A DNA stretch of 39,936 nt from Clostridia bacterium. Its GTDB lineage: Bacteria; Bacillota; Clostridia; UMGS1883. Positions within the stretch are counted from its first letter, which is position 1, and the number at the start of each line of letters is the position of its first letter. Shown here in pieces: positions 15,922 through 26,376 of the stretch. A program made the translations under genes and the position numbers. The stretch lies in contig JBJDXJ010000029.1 in assembly GCA_051866635.1 (NCBI GenBank), forward strand, positions 1-39,936. Direction: 5' to 3'. The notes below the pieces were generated by a model. It was not told where the DNA came from. It made no database searches and saw nothing but the letters and a program-made list of their open reading frames with translations.

Positions 15922-18549
15922 ATGAAAAAAGTTTTTTGTGTTTTATTAGTGGGGATAATTATTTTATCGGCACTGCCTGTATTTGCCGCAGGACCCTACA
16001 GCGTTGTATCGGAATTTAACGATGGGGAAAAAATGGGCGTTGAAGTTGTTGCAAATTCTAACTATGAGAACGATTTTGTGCTTATTGCGGCTTTGTTTAA
16101 GGACAAAACAGTTCTGGACGTAAAAACGTATTCAAAATCTGTTTTAGAAGATGGTTGCACCATTTCTTTTGATGCCGCTACGGGCGCTGAAATTAAACTT
16201 TTTGCATGGAACAGCACTGAGGGTATGACCCCTGCAAGGGATGAATATCTGTATTCACTTTCTTATGATGAAATAATAGACTTGATGAAAAATGTAAACG
16301 ACTACTGGGTAAAGAAAAACAGAAATATATCCACCGGTACAAACCCTTGGGATGTGGCTGTTTTCCATACGGGAAATATGCAGGCATATTATATGACAGG
16401 GGATGAAACCTACCGTAATCATTCCCAACTTTGGAGCGAGGTTAATTCTTATCAGTCATACAACTATCCCACGGGAAGCACTACATTTGCAGACAACCTC
16501 TGCTGTTTTCAGACATATATTGACCTTTATAACATTACACGGGATGAAAAATATCTTGAATATGTGACAGAACAAGTGGATTATATAAAGAATTCATCCT
16601 CCGTATCTTATTGGTACTGGATTGATGCCTTTTATATGGCAGGTCCCATATTTACAAAAATGTACAAGCTGACAGGGGATAAATCATACCTTGACAAAAT
16701 GTACGATATGATTAAATATACAGCTGAAACATTAAATTGCTATGATGAAGAAGTAGGTCTTTGGTACCGTGATGCAAGCTTTATAAACAGCATTTCGGAA
16801 AACGGGGAAAAGGTTTTCTGGTCACGTGGTGACGGCTGGGTGTTTGCGGCATTTGCACGCATTATTGAAGATTTGCCCGACAGCTATGAGCATAAAGATT
16901 ATTTTGTAAATATTTTCTGCTCCATGGCGGCGGCACTTAAGAAAACACAGTGCAGTGAAGGTGCATGGCACGAAAGCTTGCTTGACCCTGACTTTAACCC
17001 CACTTGTGAAGAAAGCGGTACAGGCTTCTTTGTTTACGGACTTCTTTGGGGTATAAATAACGGTTATCTTGAAGAAAATGACTACCTTGACTGTGCATTA
17101 AAGGGCTGGAAATGGCTTACCGAGGTTTCAGTGCAGGATGATTATTCTGTGGGATACGTTCAGCATATCGGAGCACAGCCATCAAAATATGAACTTACTC
17201 CTTACACAACAGAGGATTATGCATACGCAAACTTTGTTTTTGCCGCAGGCGAATTGGCAAAGTATGTAGGCGGATTGCAGGGCGATGTGTTGCCTTATTT
17301 ACAGAAAAAACTTTTAGGCAATATTGAAGTGTATAAAAAAGACAGTAACTACGCTATAAAGAATGGCGAAATAGTTACGGGCGATAAAGCATATTTTACA
17401 GACGATGGCATACTTGACGGTGAAAAGTATACTTCTGTTGCCGAATATATTCCCCGGGGAATGTATGCTTATGAATATGAAGATTTGTGCATAATAAGTG
17501 AATACATTACACCTTTTAACAAAACCGAAGAAAATTTATTAAAAATGCTTTCTGAAACTTTAAGTAAGGGTCAGTTCCCTGAAAGACCATATTCCGACCC
17601 TGACAGAATAGTCACAAACAAAAATGAAGACAGGATTGAAAATGCCGAAATTCCAGAAACGACAACAAAGCCCGCCGCAAATAAAAAAATAACACTTACA
17701 AAAAGTGATGTCACCGCATCGTATATTGCCCAAGAGATGAATGGGCCTGAAAATGTAATTGACAAAAATCTGAGTACATACTGTGCTCTTGAAGTGGCTG
17801 ATGCTAATTCCCCCGAATATTTAGAGTTTAACCTTGGTGAAGAATGTGAAATTAATACTATCGGTATGTCACTGTTCAGAGGTGATATACGAACAAGCTG
17901 GTTCAGCGTGGAAGTCTCCACAGACGGAGTTAATTACGAAGAAGTTATCCCCGTAAGCAGTACCCCCATAAAAACTACAGGGGTGGTATATTATCCCATA
18001 GAGGCTGTAAATGCAAAATACGTAAGGCTGTACGGTTACGGAAACGACAATTCCACTTTACAGATGTGGTTTAGCCCCAGCGAGATTGAAATTTACCAAA
18101 CAACAGCAAACCCCGATAGTGACGAAATTGATATAAATAATTTCACAAAGGTTGATTATGTAGCATCCCTTTCTAACATATTCCAAGAGAGTAACGGACC
18201 TGATAATTTAAACGATTCTAACTTTTATTCCTACTGTACTGTATTCTCAGAAAACCAATCAGCTCCCGAATATATACAGCTGGATTTAGAAGAGATTACA
18301 TACGTTGATTATTTGGCACTTGCTTTTGTAAATGGTGCCTACAGAAAATCTATGTTCTATGTGGCTGTTTCCGAGGACGGCGAAAATTATAAAGAGGTTT
18401 TGCCCTACACCGAATCAAGCGGAACTACAAACGATTACGAATATTTCAAAATAGGTGCAAATGCAAAATATATCCGTATTTACGGCTACGGCAATTCTTA
18501 TTCAAATTGGTTCAGCGTTACGGAAGCGGCTGTTTTAACCGCAAAATAA
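15922..18549 (+). CDS. Secreted GH105/GH88-family glycoside hydrolase with two C-terminal F5/8 type C (CBM32/discoidin-like) domains
   Basis: Signal peptide MKKVF...PVFAA; WYWIDAFYM, FWSRGDGW, EESGTGFFVYGL, VGYVQHIG; two repeats of NGP.N..D.N...Y...L.E...F.V.VS.DG.NY.EV...NAKY.R.YGYGN...WFS..E. Confidence 0.87.
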   Translation: MKKVFCVLLVGIIILSALPVFAAGPYSVVSEFNDGEKMGVEVVANSNYENDFVLIAALFKDKTVLDVKTYSKSVLEDGCTISFDAATGAEIKLFAWNSTEGMTPARDEYLYSLSYDEIIDLMKNVNDYWVKKNRNISTGTNPWDVAVFHTGNMQAYYMTGDETYRNHSQLWSEVNSYQSYNYPTGSTTFADNLCCFQTYIDLYNITRDEKYLEYVTEQVDYIKNSSSVSYWYWIDAFYMAGPIFTKMYKLTGDKSYLDKMYDMIKYTAETLNCYDEEVGLWYRDASFINSISENGEKVFWSRGDGWVFAAFARIIEDLPDSYEHKDYFVNIFCSMAAALKKTQCSEGAWHESLLDPDFNPTCEESGTGFFVYGLLWGINNGYLEENDYLDCALKGWKWLTEVSVQDDYSVGYVQHIGAQPSKYELTPYTTEDYAYANFVFAAGELAKYVGGLQGDVLPYLQKKLLGNIEVYKKDSNYAIKNGEIVTGDKAYFTDDGILDGEKYTSVAEYIPRGMYAYEYEDLCIISEYITPFNKTEENLLKMLSETLSKGQFPERPYSDPDRIVTNKNEDRIENAEIPETTTKPAANKKITLTKSDVTASYIAQEMNGPENVIDKNLSTYCALEVADANSPEYLEFNLGEECEINTIGMSLFRGDIRTSWFSVEVSTDGVNYEEVIPVSSTPIKTTGVVYYPIEAVNAKYVRLYGYGNDNSTLQMWFSPSEIEIYQTTANPDSDEIDINNFTKVDYVASLSNIFQESNGPDNLNDSNFYSYCTVFSENQSAPEYIQLDLEEITYVDYLALAFVNGAYRKSMFYVAVSEDGENYKEVLPYTESSGTTNDYEYFKIGANAKYIRIYGYGNSYSNWFSVTEAAVLTAK

Positions 18550-18598
18550 GTTGTCTCACAGATGCGGCAGTGAGTAAAAATTCAATATAATAAGGCTA

Positions 18599-18852
18599 AA
18601 AAATTCCAAGCAGATTTTGTTTGGAATTTTAGCGCGTGGAAAAAAACCTTTGGCCCCCTCTGACGAGGGGGCTGTCAGCAAAGCTGACTGGGGGAGAGAA
18701 GATGAATTATTCCTTTTTACCGGAAAAAGGAGAAAAACTGTAACATTTTCTCTCCCTCCGTCACGGCTTTCCCGTGCCACCTCCCTCGTCAGAGGGAGGC
18801 TATTTAGTTTATCGACAGTCAAAAATTCCAAGCAAATTTTGTTTGGAATTTT
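18599..18852. repeat. Gene-less REPIN-like double-hairpin inverted-repeat element (18653-18800) enclosed by two 32-bp palindromic direct repeats
   Basis: gccccctctgacgagggggc.gtcagcaaagctgac.gggggagagaa ... ttctctccctccgtcacggctttcccgtgccacctccctcgtcagagggaggc; aaaaattccaagca(g/a)attttgtttggaatttt at 18599-18630 and 18821-18852. Confidence 0.82.
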
Positions 18853-18932
18853 GCTTGTTTATGGCATATTTTTATTGACTAAAATATTGGAATTATGATA
18901 TATTAAAATTAAGTTTAGTGAGGTGAAGTTGT

Positions 18933-21900
18933 ATGAAAAAGTTTTTATGTACTATTTTAACAATCTGCATGGTTTTCAGCACTGTTTTTGCAGTGCCTGC
19001 ATTTGCCGAAACAGCAAGCGGAGAGTGTGGCGAAAACTTAACGTGGGTTTTAACAGATGACGGAACTCTTACAATAAGCGGCAGCGGTGATATGACAAGC
19101 TGGACTTCTACTTCATCTGTGCCGTGGATCAGTTATCGTTCGGCTATCACATCCGTTGTGATTGATAGCGGCGTTACGAGCATAGGAACGTATGCGTTTT
19201 ATAATTGCACCGGTTTAACGAGTGTAGAAATCCCGGACAGCATGACGAGCATAGGGAAAAGTGCGTTTTATAAGTGCACCGGTTTAACAAGCGTAGTAAT
19301 TCCCAATAGCGTGACGAGCTTAGAAGAGCGTGCGTTCGAAAGCTGCAGCGGTTTAACGAATGTAACAATCCCCGACGGCGTTACGAGCATGGGACAGATG
19401 GCGTTTTATAATTGCACCGGTTTAACGAGCGTTACAATCGGCAGCGGCGTTACGAGCATAGGAAAGGTTACGTTTTATGGTTGCACCGGTTTAACGAGCA
19501 TTGTAATAAGCAGCAGCGTGACGAGCATAGAGTCAAGTGCGTTTTATAATTGCAGCAGCTTAACGGATGTATATTACTTTGGTAACGAGGCGGATTGGGC
19601 AAACATAACTATCGGAAGCGGAAACAACCCTCTTACAAATGCTAATATACATTACAATTCAACATCAATGCCAACGATTACAGCAAGCGGAGAGTGCGGC
19701 GAAAGCTTAACGTGGGTTTTAGAAGATGACGGAACCCTTAAAATAAGCGGCACGGGTGATATGACAAGCTGGACTTCTTATACATCTATGCCCTGGTACA
19801 GTTATCTGACAAGTATCAAATCCGTTGTGATTGACAGCGGCGTTACGAGCATAGGACAATATGCGTTCCGGGGTTGCAGCAGTTTAACAAGTATAAAAAT
19901 CCCCAAAAGCGTGACGAGTATAGGGAATTATACGTTCGAAAGTTGCACCGGTTTAACGAGCGCAGAAATCCCCGATGGCGTTACGAATATAGGGAATTAT
20001 GCGTTTGAAAATTGCAGCAGTTTAACGAGTGTAACAATCCCCAAAAGCGTGACGAGTACAGGAAATTATACGTTCTATGGTTGTAGCGGTTTAACGAGCG
20101 CAGAAATCCTCGATGGTGTGACGAGCATAGGATACGGTGTGTTCTATAATTGCAGCAGTTTAACCATTCTGACAATCCCCAATAGCGTGACGAGCATAGG
20201 GAACGGTGCGTTTTATGGTTGCAGCGGTTTAACTGAGCTGACAATCCCCAATAGCGTGACGAGCATAGGGAACAGTGTATTTAGTAGTTGCCGCAGTTTA
20301 ACGAGTGTAGAAATCCCGGACGGCGTTACGAGCATAGGGAACGGTGCGTTTAAAAATTGCAGCAGTTTAACGAGTGTAGAAATCCCGGACGGCGTTACGA
20401 GCATAGGGAAAAGTGCGTTTGAAAATTGCAGCAGTTTAACGAGTGTAGAAATCCCGGGCAGCGTGACGAGCATAGGGGACAATGCGTTTAGTAGTTGCAG
20501 CGGTTTAACGGATGTATATTACATTGGCAGTACGGCGGATTGGGCAAACATAACTATCGGAACCGGGAACGACCCTCTTACAAATGCAGCGATATATTAC
20601 GCTTTATCAAGCGGAGAATGCGGAGAAAATTTAAGATGGATTTTAACATATGACGGAACCCTTAAAATAAGAGGCACGGGTGATATGACAAACTGGACTT
20701 CTTCTTCATCAATGCCGTGGTACAGTAGCCTTACAAATATCAAATTCGTTGTGATTGACAGCGGCGTGACGAGCATAGGGGATTATGCGTTTTATAATTG
20801 CAGCAATTTAACGAGCGCAGAAATCCCCGATGGCGTGACAAGTGTAGGGGAATATGCGTTTTATAGGTGCACCGGTTTAATAAATGTAAAAATCCCCGGC
20901 AGCGTTACAATCATAGGGTACAGTTCGTTTACAGGTTGCAGCGGTTTAATGGAATTTGAAATAGGCAGCAGCGTGACGAGCATAGATAACAATGTGTTTT
21001 GGAATTGCAACGATTTAACGGATGTATATTACGTTGGCAGCGAGGCGGATTGGGCAAATATAACTATCGGAAGCGGAAACGACCGTCTTACAAATGCTAA
21101 TATACATTACAATTCATCAATGCCAACGATTATTGCAATAGGAGAATGCGGCACAAACTTAACGTGGTTTTTAAAAGATGACGGAACCCTTATAATAAGA
21201 GGCACGGGTGATATGACAAACTGGGATTCTTATACATCTGTGCCCTGGTACAGTTATCGGTCGGATATCAAATCTGTTTTAATTGATAGCGGCGTTACGA
21301 GCATAGGGGCAAGTGCGTTTTTTGAATGCAGCAGTTTAACTGAGCTGACAATCCCAAATAGCGTTACGAGCGTAGGGGGTGCTGCGTTCCGGGGTTGCAG
21401 CAGTTTAAAGATTGTAGAAATCCCCAATAGCGTTACGAACATAGGGTACGGTGCGTTTCCCTATTGCAGCAGTTTAACAAGTATAAATGTAGATTTATCA
21501 AACAATAATTACAGTTCGGAAAATGGTGTGCTTTTTAATAAAAACAAAACAGAACTGGTTTGTTACCCCGGCGGCAAAAGCGGTTCATACATAATCCCCA
21601 ATAGCGTGACGAGCATAGGACAATATGCGTTCTGGGGTTGCAGAGGTTTAACGGATTTAGAAATCGGTAGCAACGTTACGAGTATAGGGGACAAAGCGTT
21701 TTTGTATTGCAGCGGTTTATCGGATTTAGAAATCCCCAGTAGCGTGACGAGCATAGGGGACAATGCGTTTTACGGTTGCAGCAGTTTAACGGATGTATAT
21801 TACGCAGGCAGCGAGGCGGATTGGGCAAATATAACTATCGGAACCGGGAACGACCCCCTTACAAATGCTACAATACATTACGCTTTATCAAGCGGAGAAT

Positions 21901-24900
21901 GCGGCACAAACTTAACGTGGGTTTTAAAAGATGACGGAACCCTTACAATAAGCGGCACGGGTGATATGACAAACTGGACTTCTTATTCATCTGTGCCCTG
22001 GTACAGTTATCAGTCAAGTATCAAATCCGTTGTGATTGACAGCGGCGTTACGAGCATAGGACAATATGCGTTCCGGGATTGCAGCAGTTTAACGGATGTC
22101 GCAATCCCCAATAGCGTTACGAGTATAGAGGCATGTGCGTTCCAGGTTTGCAGCGGTTTAACTAAGCTGACAATCCCCGATAGCGTGACGAGCATAGGGG
22201 AGGGTGCGTTTACGGGTTGCAGCGGTTTAACGGATGTATATTACGCAGGCACCGAGGCGGATTGGGCAAACATAACTATCGGAAACTATAACGAACCTCT
22301 TACAAATGCTACGATACATTACGTTTTATCAAGCGGAGAATGCGGCACAAACTTAACGTGGGTTTTAGCAGATGACGGAACCCTTACAATAAGCGGCAGC
22401 GGTGATATGACAAGCTGGGATTATCTTACATCTGTGCCCTGGCACATTTATAAGTTAAGTATTAAATCTGTTGTGATTGACAGCGAAGTTAAGAGCATAG
22501 GAAGTTGGGCGTTTGCCTATTGCGACGATTTAACGAGCGTTACAATCCCCAATAGCGTGACGAGCATAGGGGCAAGGGCGTTTACCCATTGCACCGGTTT
22601 AACGGATGTATATTACGCAGGCAGTAAGGCGGATTGGGCAAACATAACTATCGGAACCGAGAACGACCCTCTTACAAATGCTACAATACATTACGTTTTA
22701 TCAAGCGGAGAATGCGGCACAAACTTAACGTGGGTCTTAAAAGATGACGGAACCCTTACAATAAGCGGCAGCGGTGATATGACAAGCTGGGCTTCTTATT
22801 CAGCTGTGCCCTGGTACAGTTATCGGTCAAGTATCAAATCTGTTGTAATCGTCAGCGGCGTTACGAGCATAGGGAATAATGCGTTTTATGGTTGCATCGG
22901 TTTAACGAGTGCAGCAATCCCCAATAGCGTGACGAGCATAGGGAACGGTGCGTTTAATAATTGCAGAGGTTTAAAGATTGTAGAAATCCCCAATAGCGTG
23001 ACGAGCATAGGGAACGGTGCGTTTAATAATTGCAGAGGTTTAACTGAGCTGACAATCCCCAATAGCGTTACGAGTATAGAGGCAAGTGCGTTTGCTGGTT
23101 GCACCGGTTTAACTGAGCTGACAATCCCCAATAGCGTTACGAGTATTGGAAATTATGCGTTTGATGGTTGCAGCAGTTTAACGAGCGTTACTATTCCCAA
23201 TAGCGTTACGAGAATAGGGGCATATGCGTTTGATGATTGCAGCAGTTTAACGAGCATAAATGTAGATTTATCAAACAATAATTACAGTTCGGAAAATGGT
23301 GTGCTTTTTAATAAAAACAAAACAGAACTGGTTTGTTACCCCGGCGGCAAAAGCGGTTCATACATAATCCCCAATAGCGTGACGAGTATAGGGGATCATG
23401 CGTTCGAATGTTGCAGCGGTTTAACGAGTGTAACAATCCCCGATAGTGTGACGAGTATAGGGGCATACGCGTTTTATGGTTGCGACGGTTTAACGGATGT
23501 GTATTACGGTGGCAGCGAGGCGGATTGGGCAAATATAGCTATCGGAATAGAAAACGAACTCCTTACAGATGCTACAATACATTACAATTCATCATCAATG
23601 CCTATTGCAAGCGGAGAGTGCGGCACAAACTTAACGTGGGTTTTAGCAGATGACGGAACCCTTACAATAAGCGGCACGGGTGATATGACAAGCTGGACTT
23701 CTACTTCATCTGTGCCCTGGTACAGTTATCGGTCAAGTATCAAATCCGTTGTAATCGGCAGCGGCGTTACGAGCATAGGACAACATGCGTTCTATGATTG
23801 CAGCAGTTTAACCGGCGTTGCAATCCCCAATAGCGTGACGAGCATAGGGGAGGGTGCGTTCGAAAGTTGCAGCGGTTTAACGAATGTAGAAATCCCCAAT
23901 AGCGTGACGAGCATAGGGGAGGGTGCGTTTTTCGATTGCAACGGTTTAACAAGCGTAACAATCTCCGATAGCGTTACGAGCATAGGACAAAGTACGTTTT
24001 ACGGTTGCAGCAGTTTAACGGATTTAGAAATCGGCAGTAGTGTGAAGAGCATAGGGTTGTTTGCGTTCTATGGTTGCAGCAGTTTAACAGGCGTCGCAAT
24101 CCCCGATAGCGTTACGAGCATAGGGATAGCTACGTTCTTAGATTGCAGCAGTTTAACGGATGTATATTACGCAGGCAGCGAGGCGGATTGGGCAAATATA
24201 ACTATTGGAGCCGAAAACGAACCCCTTACAAATGCTACAATACATTACAATTCATCAATGCCTATTGCAAGCGGAGAATGCGGCACAAACTTAACATGGG
24301 TTTTAGCAGATGACGGAACCCTTACAATAAGCGGCACGGGTGATATGACAAGCTGGGATTCTATTACATCTGTGCCCTGGTACAGTTATCGGTCAAGTAT
24401 CAAATCCGTTGTGATTGACAGCGGTGTTACGAGCATAGGACAATATGCGTTCCGGGGTTGCAGCGGTTTAACGGATGTCGCAATCCCCAATAGCGTTACG
24501 AGCATAGGGCGCGGTGCGTTTGCCAATTGCAGCAGTTTAAAGAATGTCACAATCCCGGATGGTGTGACGAGTATAGGGAATAATGCGTTTTATTATTGCA
24601 GCAGTTTAACTAAGCTGACAATCCCCGATAGCGTGACGAGCATAGGGGAGGATGCATTTACGGGTTGCAGCAGTTTAATAAGTATAAATGTAGATTTATC
24701 AAACAATAATTACAGTTCGGAAAATGGTGTGCTTTTTAATAAAAACAAAACAGAACTGGTTTGTTACCCCGGAGGCAAAAGCGGTTCATACATAATCCCC
24801 GATGGCGTGGCGAGTTTAGGGGCATTTGCGTTTTATAAGTGCACCGGTTTAACAAGCGTAACAATCCCCGATGGCGTGACGAGTATAGGAAATTATGCAT

Positions 24901-26195
24901 TTTATGGTTGCAGTAGTTTAACGGAGATAACAATCCCCGACAGCGTGACGAGTATAGAGCATTTTGCGTTTTATGGTTGCGACTGTTTAACGGATGTATA
25001 TTACGCAGGCAACGAAGCTGATTGGGCAAATATAACTATTGGAGACAAAAACGAACCCCTTACAAATGCTACAATACATTACAACTGTAATTCAACAGTA
25101 TCGGTAACAATTGACGGCACAGAAACGGTTTATAAGTCGTTAAATGAAGCAATAAGCTTTGCAAACGAAAGCGGAAAGACCGCCCAAATCAAGCTTTTGT
25201 GCGATTTGGAAGAGGAAGAAATCGTAAGTGATTGTGCATTTAAAATAGACCTTGGCGGATTTACCGTGGGAACACTTTCGGTTACAGGTAATGTTAATCT
25301 GGCAAACGGAACTATAAACACACTTAACATTTCGGGCATTGCGGCAACGGAAAATGTTACCGTGACAAGTACAAATGCCGTAAATTACGGCACCGAAGGC
25401 ACAAAAGGCGTGTATACAAACTATACCTCAGGTGCGAGCATGATAGACGGCGCCCAGGTACGAATTGGCGGCGGAGTAGCCGAGGACGGCACCATAGACG
25501 CACAAAGCGGATTGAGATTTATCTCAGAGGTTAACACTGCCGACACATTGGCAGCCGATATTATTTCAAACCATTATAAAAATTCAACATATGATGAAGG
25601 CTACTCTATCGGCACAATGATAACCGTTGAAGGAAGCGACGCGGCAGCTTACGTTCCGGCAACTGCTTGGCAAAATGATGACTGCACCGTATTTTCGGCA
25701 GCTATTACCAATTTAAAGTCAAACAATTTCAACCGTAAATATACGGCGCAGACATATGTTGAATATAACGGCGTTAAATTTATTAACAACGACAAAACAA
25801 CAAGAAGTATGTATCAGGTTGCAGCAGGCTTACTTGCACAGAGCAGTGAGGAAGATGCACAAAAGCTTGTAGCTGTTCTTAATGCTTACGTAAATCAAAC
25901 GGGTATCAGGCTTGTTTTATCGGACAATGTTTTGCGGGCAAACGAGGATAGCTTAGGCAAAAAAGGCGCATATTCTTCTGACGCATTTTTCTCTGTAGGC
26001 GAAACTAAGGTTGACGGAAAAACATATACGGTAGTTTTAACGCCTGTAGGCGAAAGAACAACACTCGATACCGTTAACTTTGCAAAATACATAAGAATAA
26101 ACAATAACAACAGCCAAGTTAAAGCGGCGGTAGAATTGACGGCGAACGCTGACGGAACATATACCCTTGTATTTGATTTGGAAAAAACAAACTGA
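18933..26195 (+). CDS. Giant secreted BspA/TpLRR (LRR_5) leucine-rich-repeat surface protein with a C-terminal 'GAQVRIGGG...SGLRF' module
   Basis: Signal peptide MKKFL...AVPAFA; about 52 (hand count) 23-aa repeats of IP.SVTSIG..AF..C..LT.. in nine capped blocks; GAGGTG RBS. Confidence 0.92.
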   Translation: MKKFLCTILTICMVFSTVFAVPAFAETASGECGENLTWVLTDDGTLTISGSGDMTSWTSTSSVPWISYRSAITSVVIDSGVTSIGTYAFYNCTGLTSVEIPDSMTSIGKSAFYKCTGLTSVVIPNSVTSLEERAFESCSGLTNVTIPDGVTSMGQMAFYNCTGLTSVTIGSGVTSIGKVTFYGCTGLTSIVISSSVTSIESSAFYNCSSLTDVYYFGNEADWANITIGSGNNPLTNANIHYNSTSMPTITASGECGESLTWVLEDDGTLKISGTGDMTSWTSYTSMPWYSYLTSIKSVVIDSGVTSIGQYAFRGCSSLTSIKIPKSVTSIGNYTFESCTGLTSAEIPDGVTNIGNYAFENCSSLTSVTIPKSVTSTGNYTFYGCSGLTSAEILDGVTSIGYGVFYNCSSLTILTIPNSVTSIGNGAFYGCSGLTELTIPNSVTSIGNSVFSSCRSLTSVEIPDGVTSIGNGAFKNCSSLTSVEIPDGVTSIGKSAFENCSSLTSVEIPGSVTSIGDNAFSSCSGLTDVYYIGSTADWANITIGTGNDPLTNAAIYYALSSGECGENLRWILTYDGTLKIRGTGDMTNWTSSSSMPWYSSLTNIKFVVIDSGVTSIGDYAFYNCSNLTSAEIPDGVTSVGEYAFYRCTGLINVKIPGSVTIIGYSSFTGCSGLMEFEIGSSVTSIDNNVFWNCNDLTDVYYVGSEADWANITIGSGNDRLTNANIHYNSSMPTIIAIGECGTNLTWFLKDDGTLIIRGTGDMTNWDSYTSVPWYSYRSDIKSVLIDSGVTSIGASAFFECSSLTELTIPNSVTSVGGAAFRGCSSLKIVEIPNSVTNIGYGAFPYCSSLTSINVDLSNNNYSSENGVLFNKNKTELVCYPGGKSGSYIIPNSVTSIGQYAFWGCRGLTDLEIGSNVTSIGDKAFLYCSGLSDLEIPSSVTSIGDNAFYGCSSLTDVYYAGSEADWANITIGTGNDPLTNATIHYALSSGECGTNLTWVLKDDGTLTISGTGDMTNWTSYSSVPWYSYQSSIKSVVIDSGVTSIGQYAFRDCSSLTDVAIPNSVTSIEACAFQVCSGLTKLTIPDSVTSIGEGAFTGCSGLTDVYYAGTEADWANITIGNYNEPLTNATIHYVLSSGECGTNLTWVLADDGTLTISGSGDMTSWDYLTSVPWHIYKLSIKSVVIDSEVKSIGSWAFAYCDDLTSVTIPNSVTSIGARAFTHCTGLTDVYYAGSKADWANITIGTENDPLTNATIHYVLSSGECGTNLTWVLKDDGTLTISGSGDMTSWASYSAVPWYSYRSSIKSVVIVSGVTSIGNNAFYGCIGLTSAAIPNSVTSIGNGAFNNCRGLKIVEIPNSVTSIGNGAFNNCRGLTELTIPNSVTSIEASAFAGCTGLTELTIPNSVTSIGNYAFDGCSSLTSVTIPNSVTRIGAYAFDDCSSLTSINVDLSNNNYSSENGVLFNKNKTELVCYPGGKSGSYIIPNSVTSIGDHAFECCSGLTSVTIPDSVTSIGAYAFYGCDGLTDVYYGGSEADWANIAIGIENELLTDATIHYNSSSMPIASGECGTNLTWVLADDGTLTISGTGDMTSWTSTSSVPWYSYRSSIKSVVIGSGVTSIGQHAFYDCSSLTGVAIPNSVTSIGEGAFESCSGLTNVEIPNSVTSIGEGAFFDCNGLTSVTISDSVTSIGQSTFYGCSSLTDLEIGSSVKSIGLFAFYGCSSLTGVAIPDSVTSIGIATFLDCSSLTDVYYAGSEADWANITIGAENEPLTNATIHYNSSMPIASGECGTNLTWVLADDGTLTISGTGDMTSWDSITSVPWYSYRSSIKSVVIDSGVTSIGQYAFRGCSGLTDVAIPNSVTSIGRGAFANCSSLKNVTIPDGVTSIGNNAFYYCSSLTKLTIPDSVTSIGEDAFTGCSSLISINVDLSNNNYSSENGVLFNKNKTELVCYPGGKSGSYIIPDGVASLGAFAFYKCTGLTSVTIPDGVTSIGNYAFYGCSSLTEITIPDSVTSIEHFAFYGCDCLTDVYYAGNEADWANITIGDKNEPLTNATIHYNCNSTVSVTIDGTETVYKSLNEAISFANESGKTAQIKLLCDLEEEEIVSDCAFKIDLGGFTVGTLSVTGNVNLANGTINTLNISGIAATENVTVTSTNAVNYGTEGTKGVYTNYTSGASMIDGAQVRIGGGVAEDGTIDAQSGLRFISEVNTADTLAADIISNHYKNSTYDEGYSIGTMITVEGSDAAAYVPATAWQNDDCTVFSAAITNLKSNNFNRKYTAQTYVEYNGVKFINNDKTTRSMYQVAAGLLAQSSEEDAQKLVAVLNAYVNQTGIRLVLSDNVLRANEDSLGKKGAYSSDAFFSVGETKVDGKTYTVVLTPVGERTTLDTVNFAKYIRINNNNSQVKAAVELTANADGTYTLVFDLEKTN

Positions 26196-26196
26196 C

Positions 26197-26229
26197 CAAT
26201 GGGCTATCTCTTTTTGAGATAGCCCATTG
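26197..26229 (+). terminator. Stable hairpin immediately after the LRR gene (terminator or 3' stabiliser)
   Basis: caatgggctatctc-ttttt-gagatagcccattg, 14-bp stem; no immediate U tract. Confidence 0.55.
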
Positions 26230-26265
26230 CATACTACAGCCCTTTTTTTCGTGAAATTGTTATCG

Positions 26266-26334
26266 ATTTACCACTGGGGACGGGTTCATTTTGGTAAATT
26301 TTTTACCAAAATGAACCCGTCCCCAGTGGTAAAT
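26266..26334. repeat. Perfect 33-bp-arm palindrome (REP-like), copy 1
   Basis: atttaccactggggacgggttcattttggtaaa-ttt-tttaccaaaatgaacccgtccccagtggtaaat. Confidence 0.92.
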
Positions 26335-26376
26335 GGTGTTTGTTTAGGAGTTTTTTATGTTTATGCAAAAAGAAGA

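Noticed and set aside
18556-18898. 91-aa and 93-aa ORFs across the REPIN-like element
   Set aside because: By-products of a GC-rich palindromic repeat; no RBS or protein motifs.
18933-25090. Diversity-generating retroelement acting on the LRR gene
   Set aside because: No reverse transcriptase or non-coding template repeat in the window, and variation is not evidently adenine-specific.
26234-26250. ctacagccctttttttc resembling an isolated MITE right end
   Set aside because: Too short to distinguish from chance.
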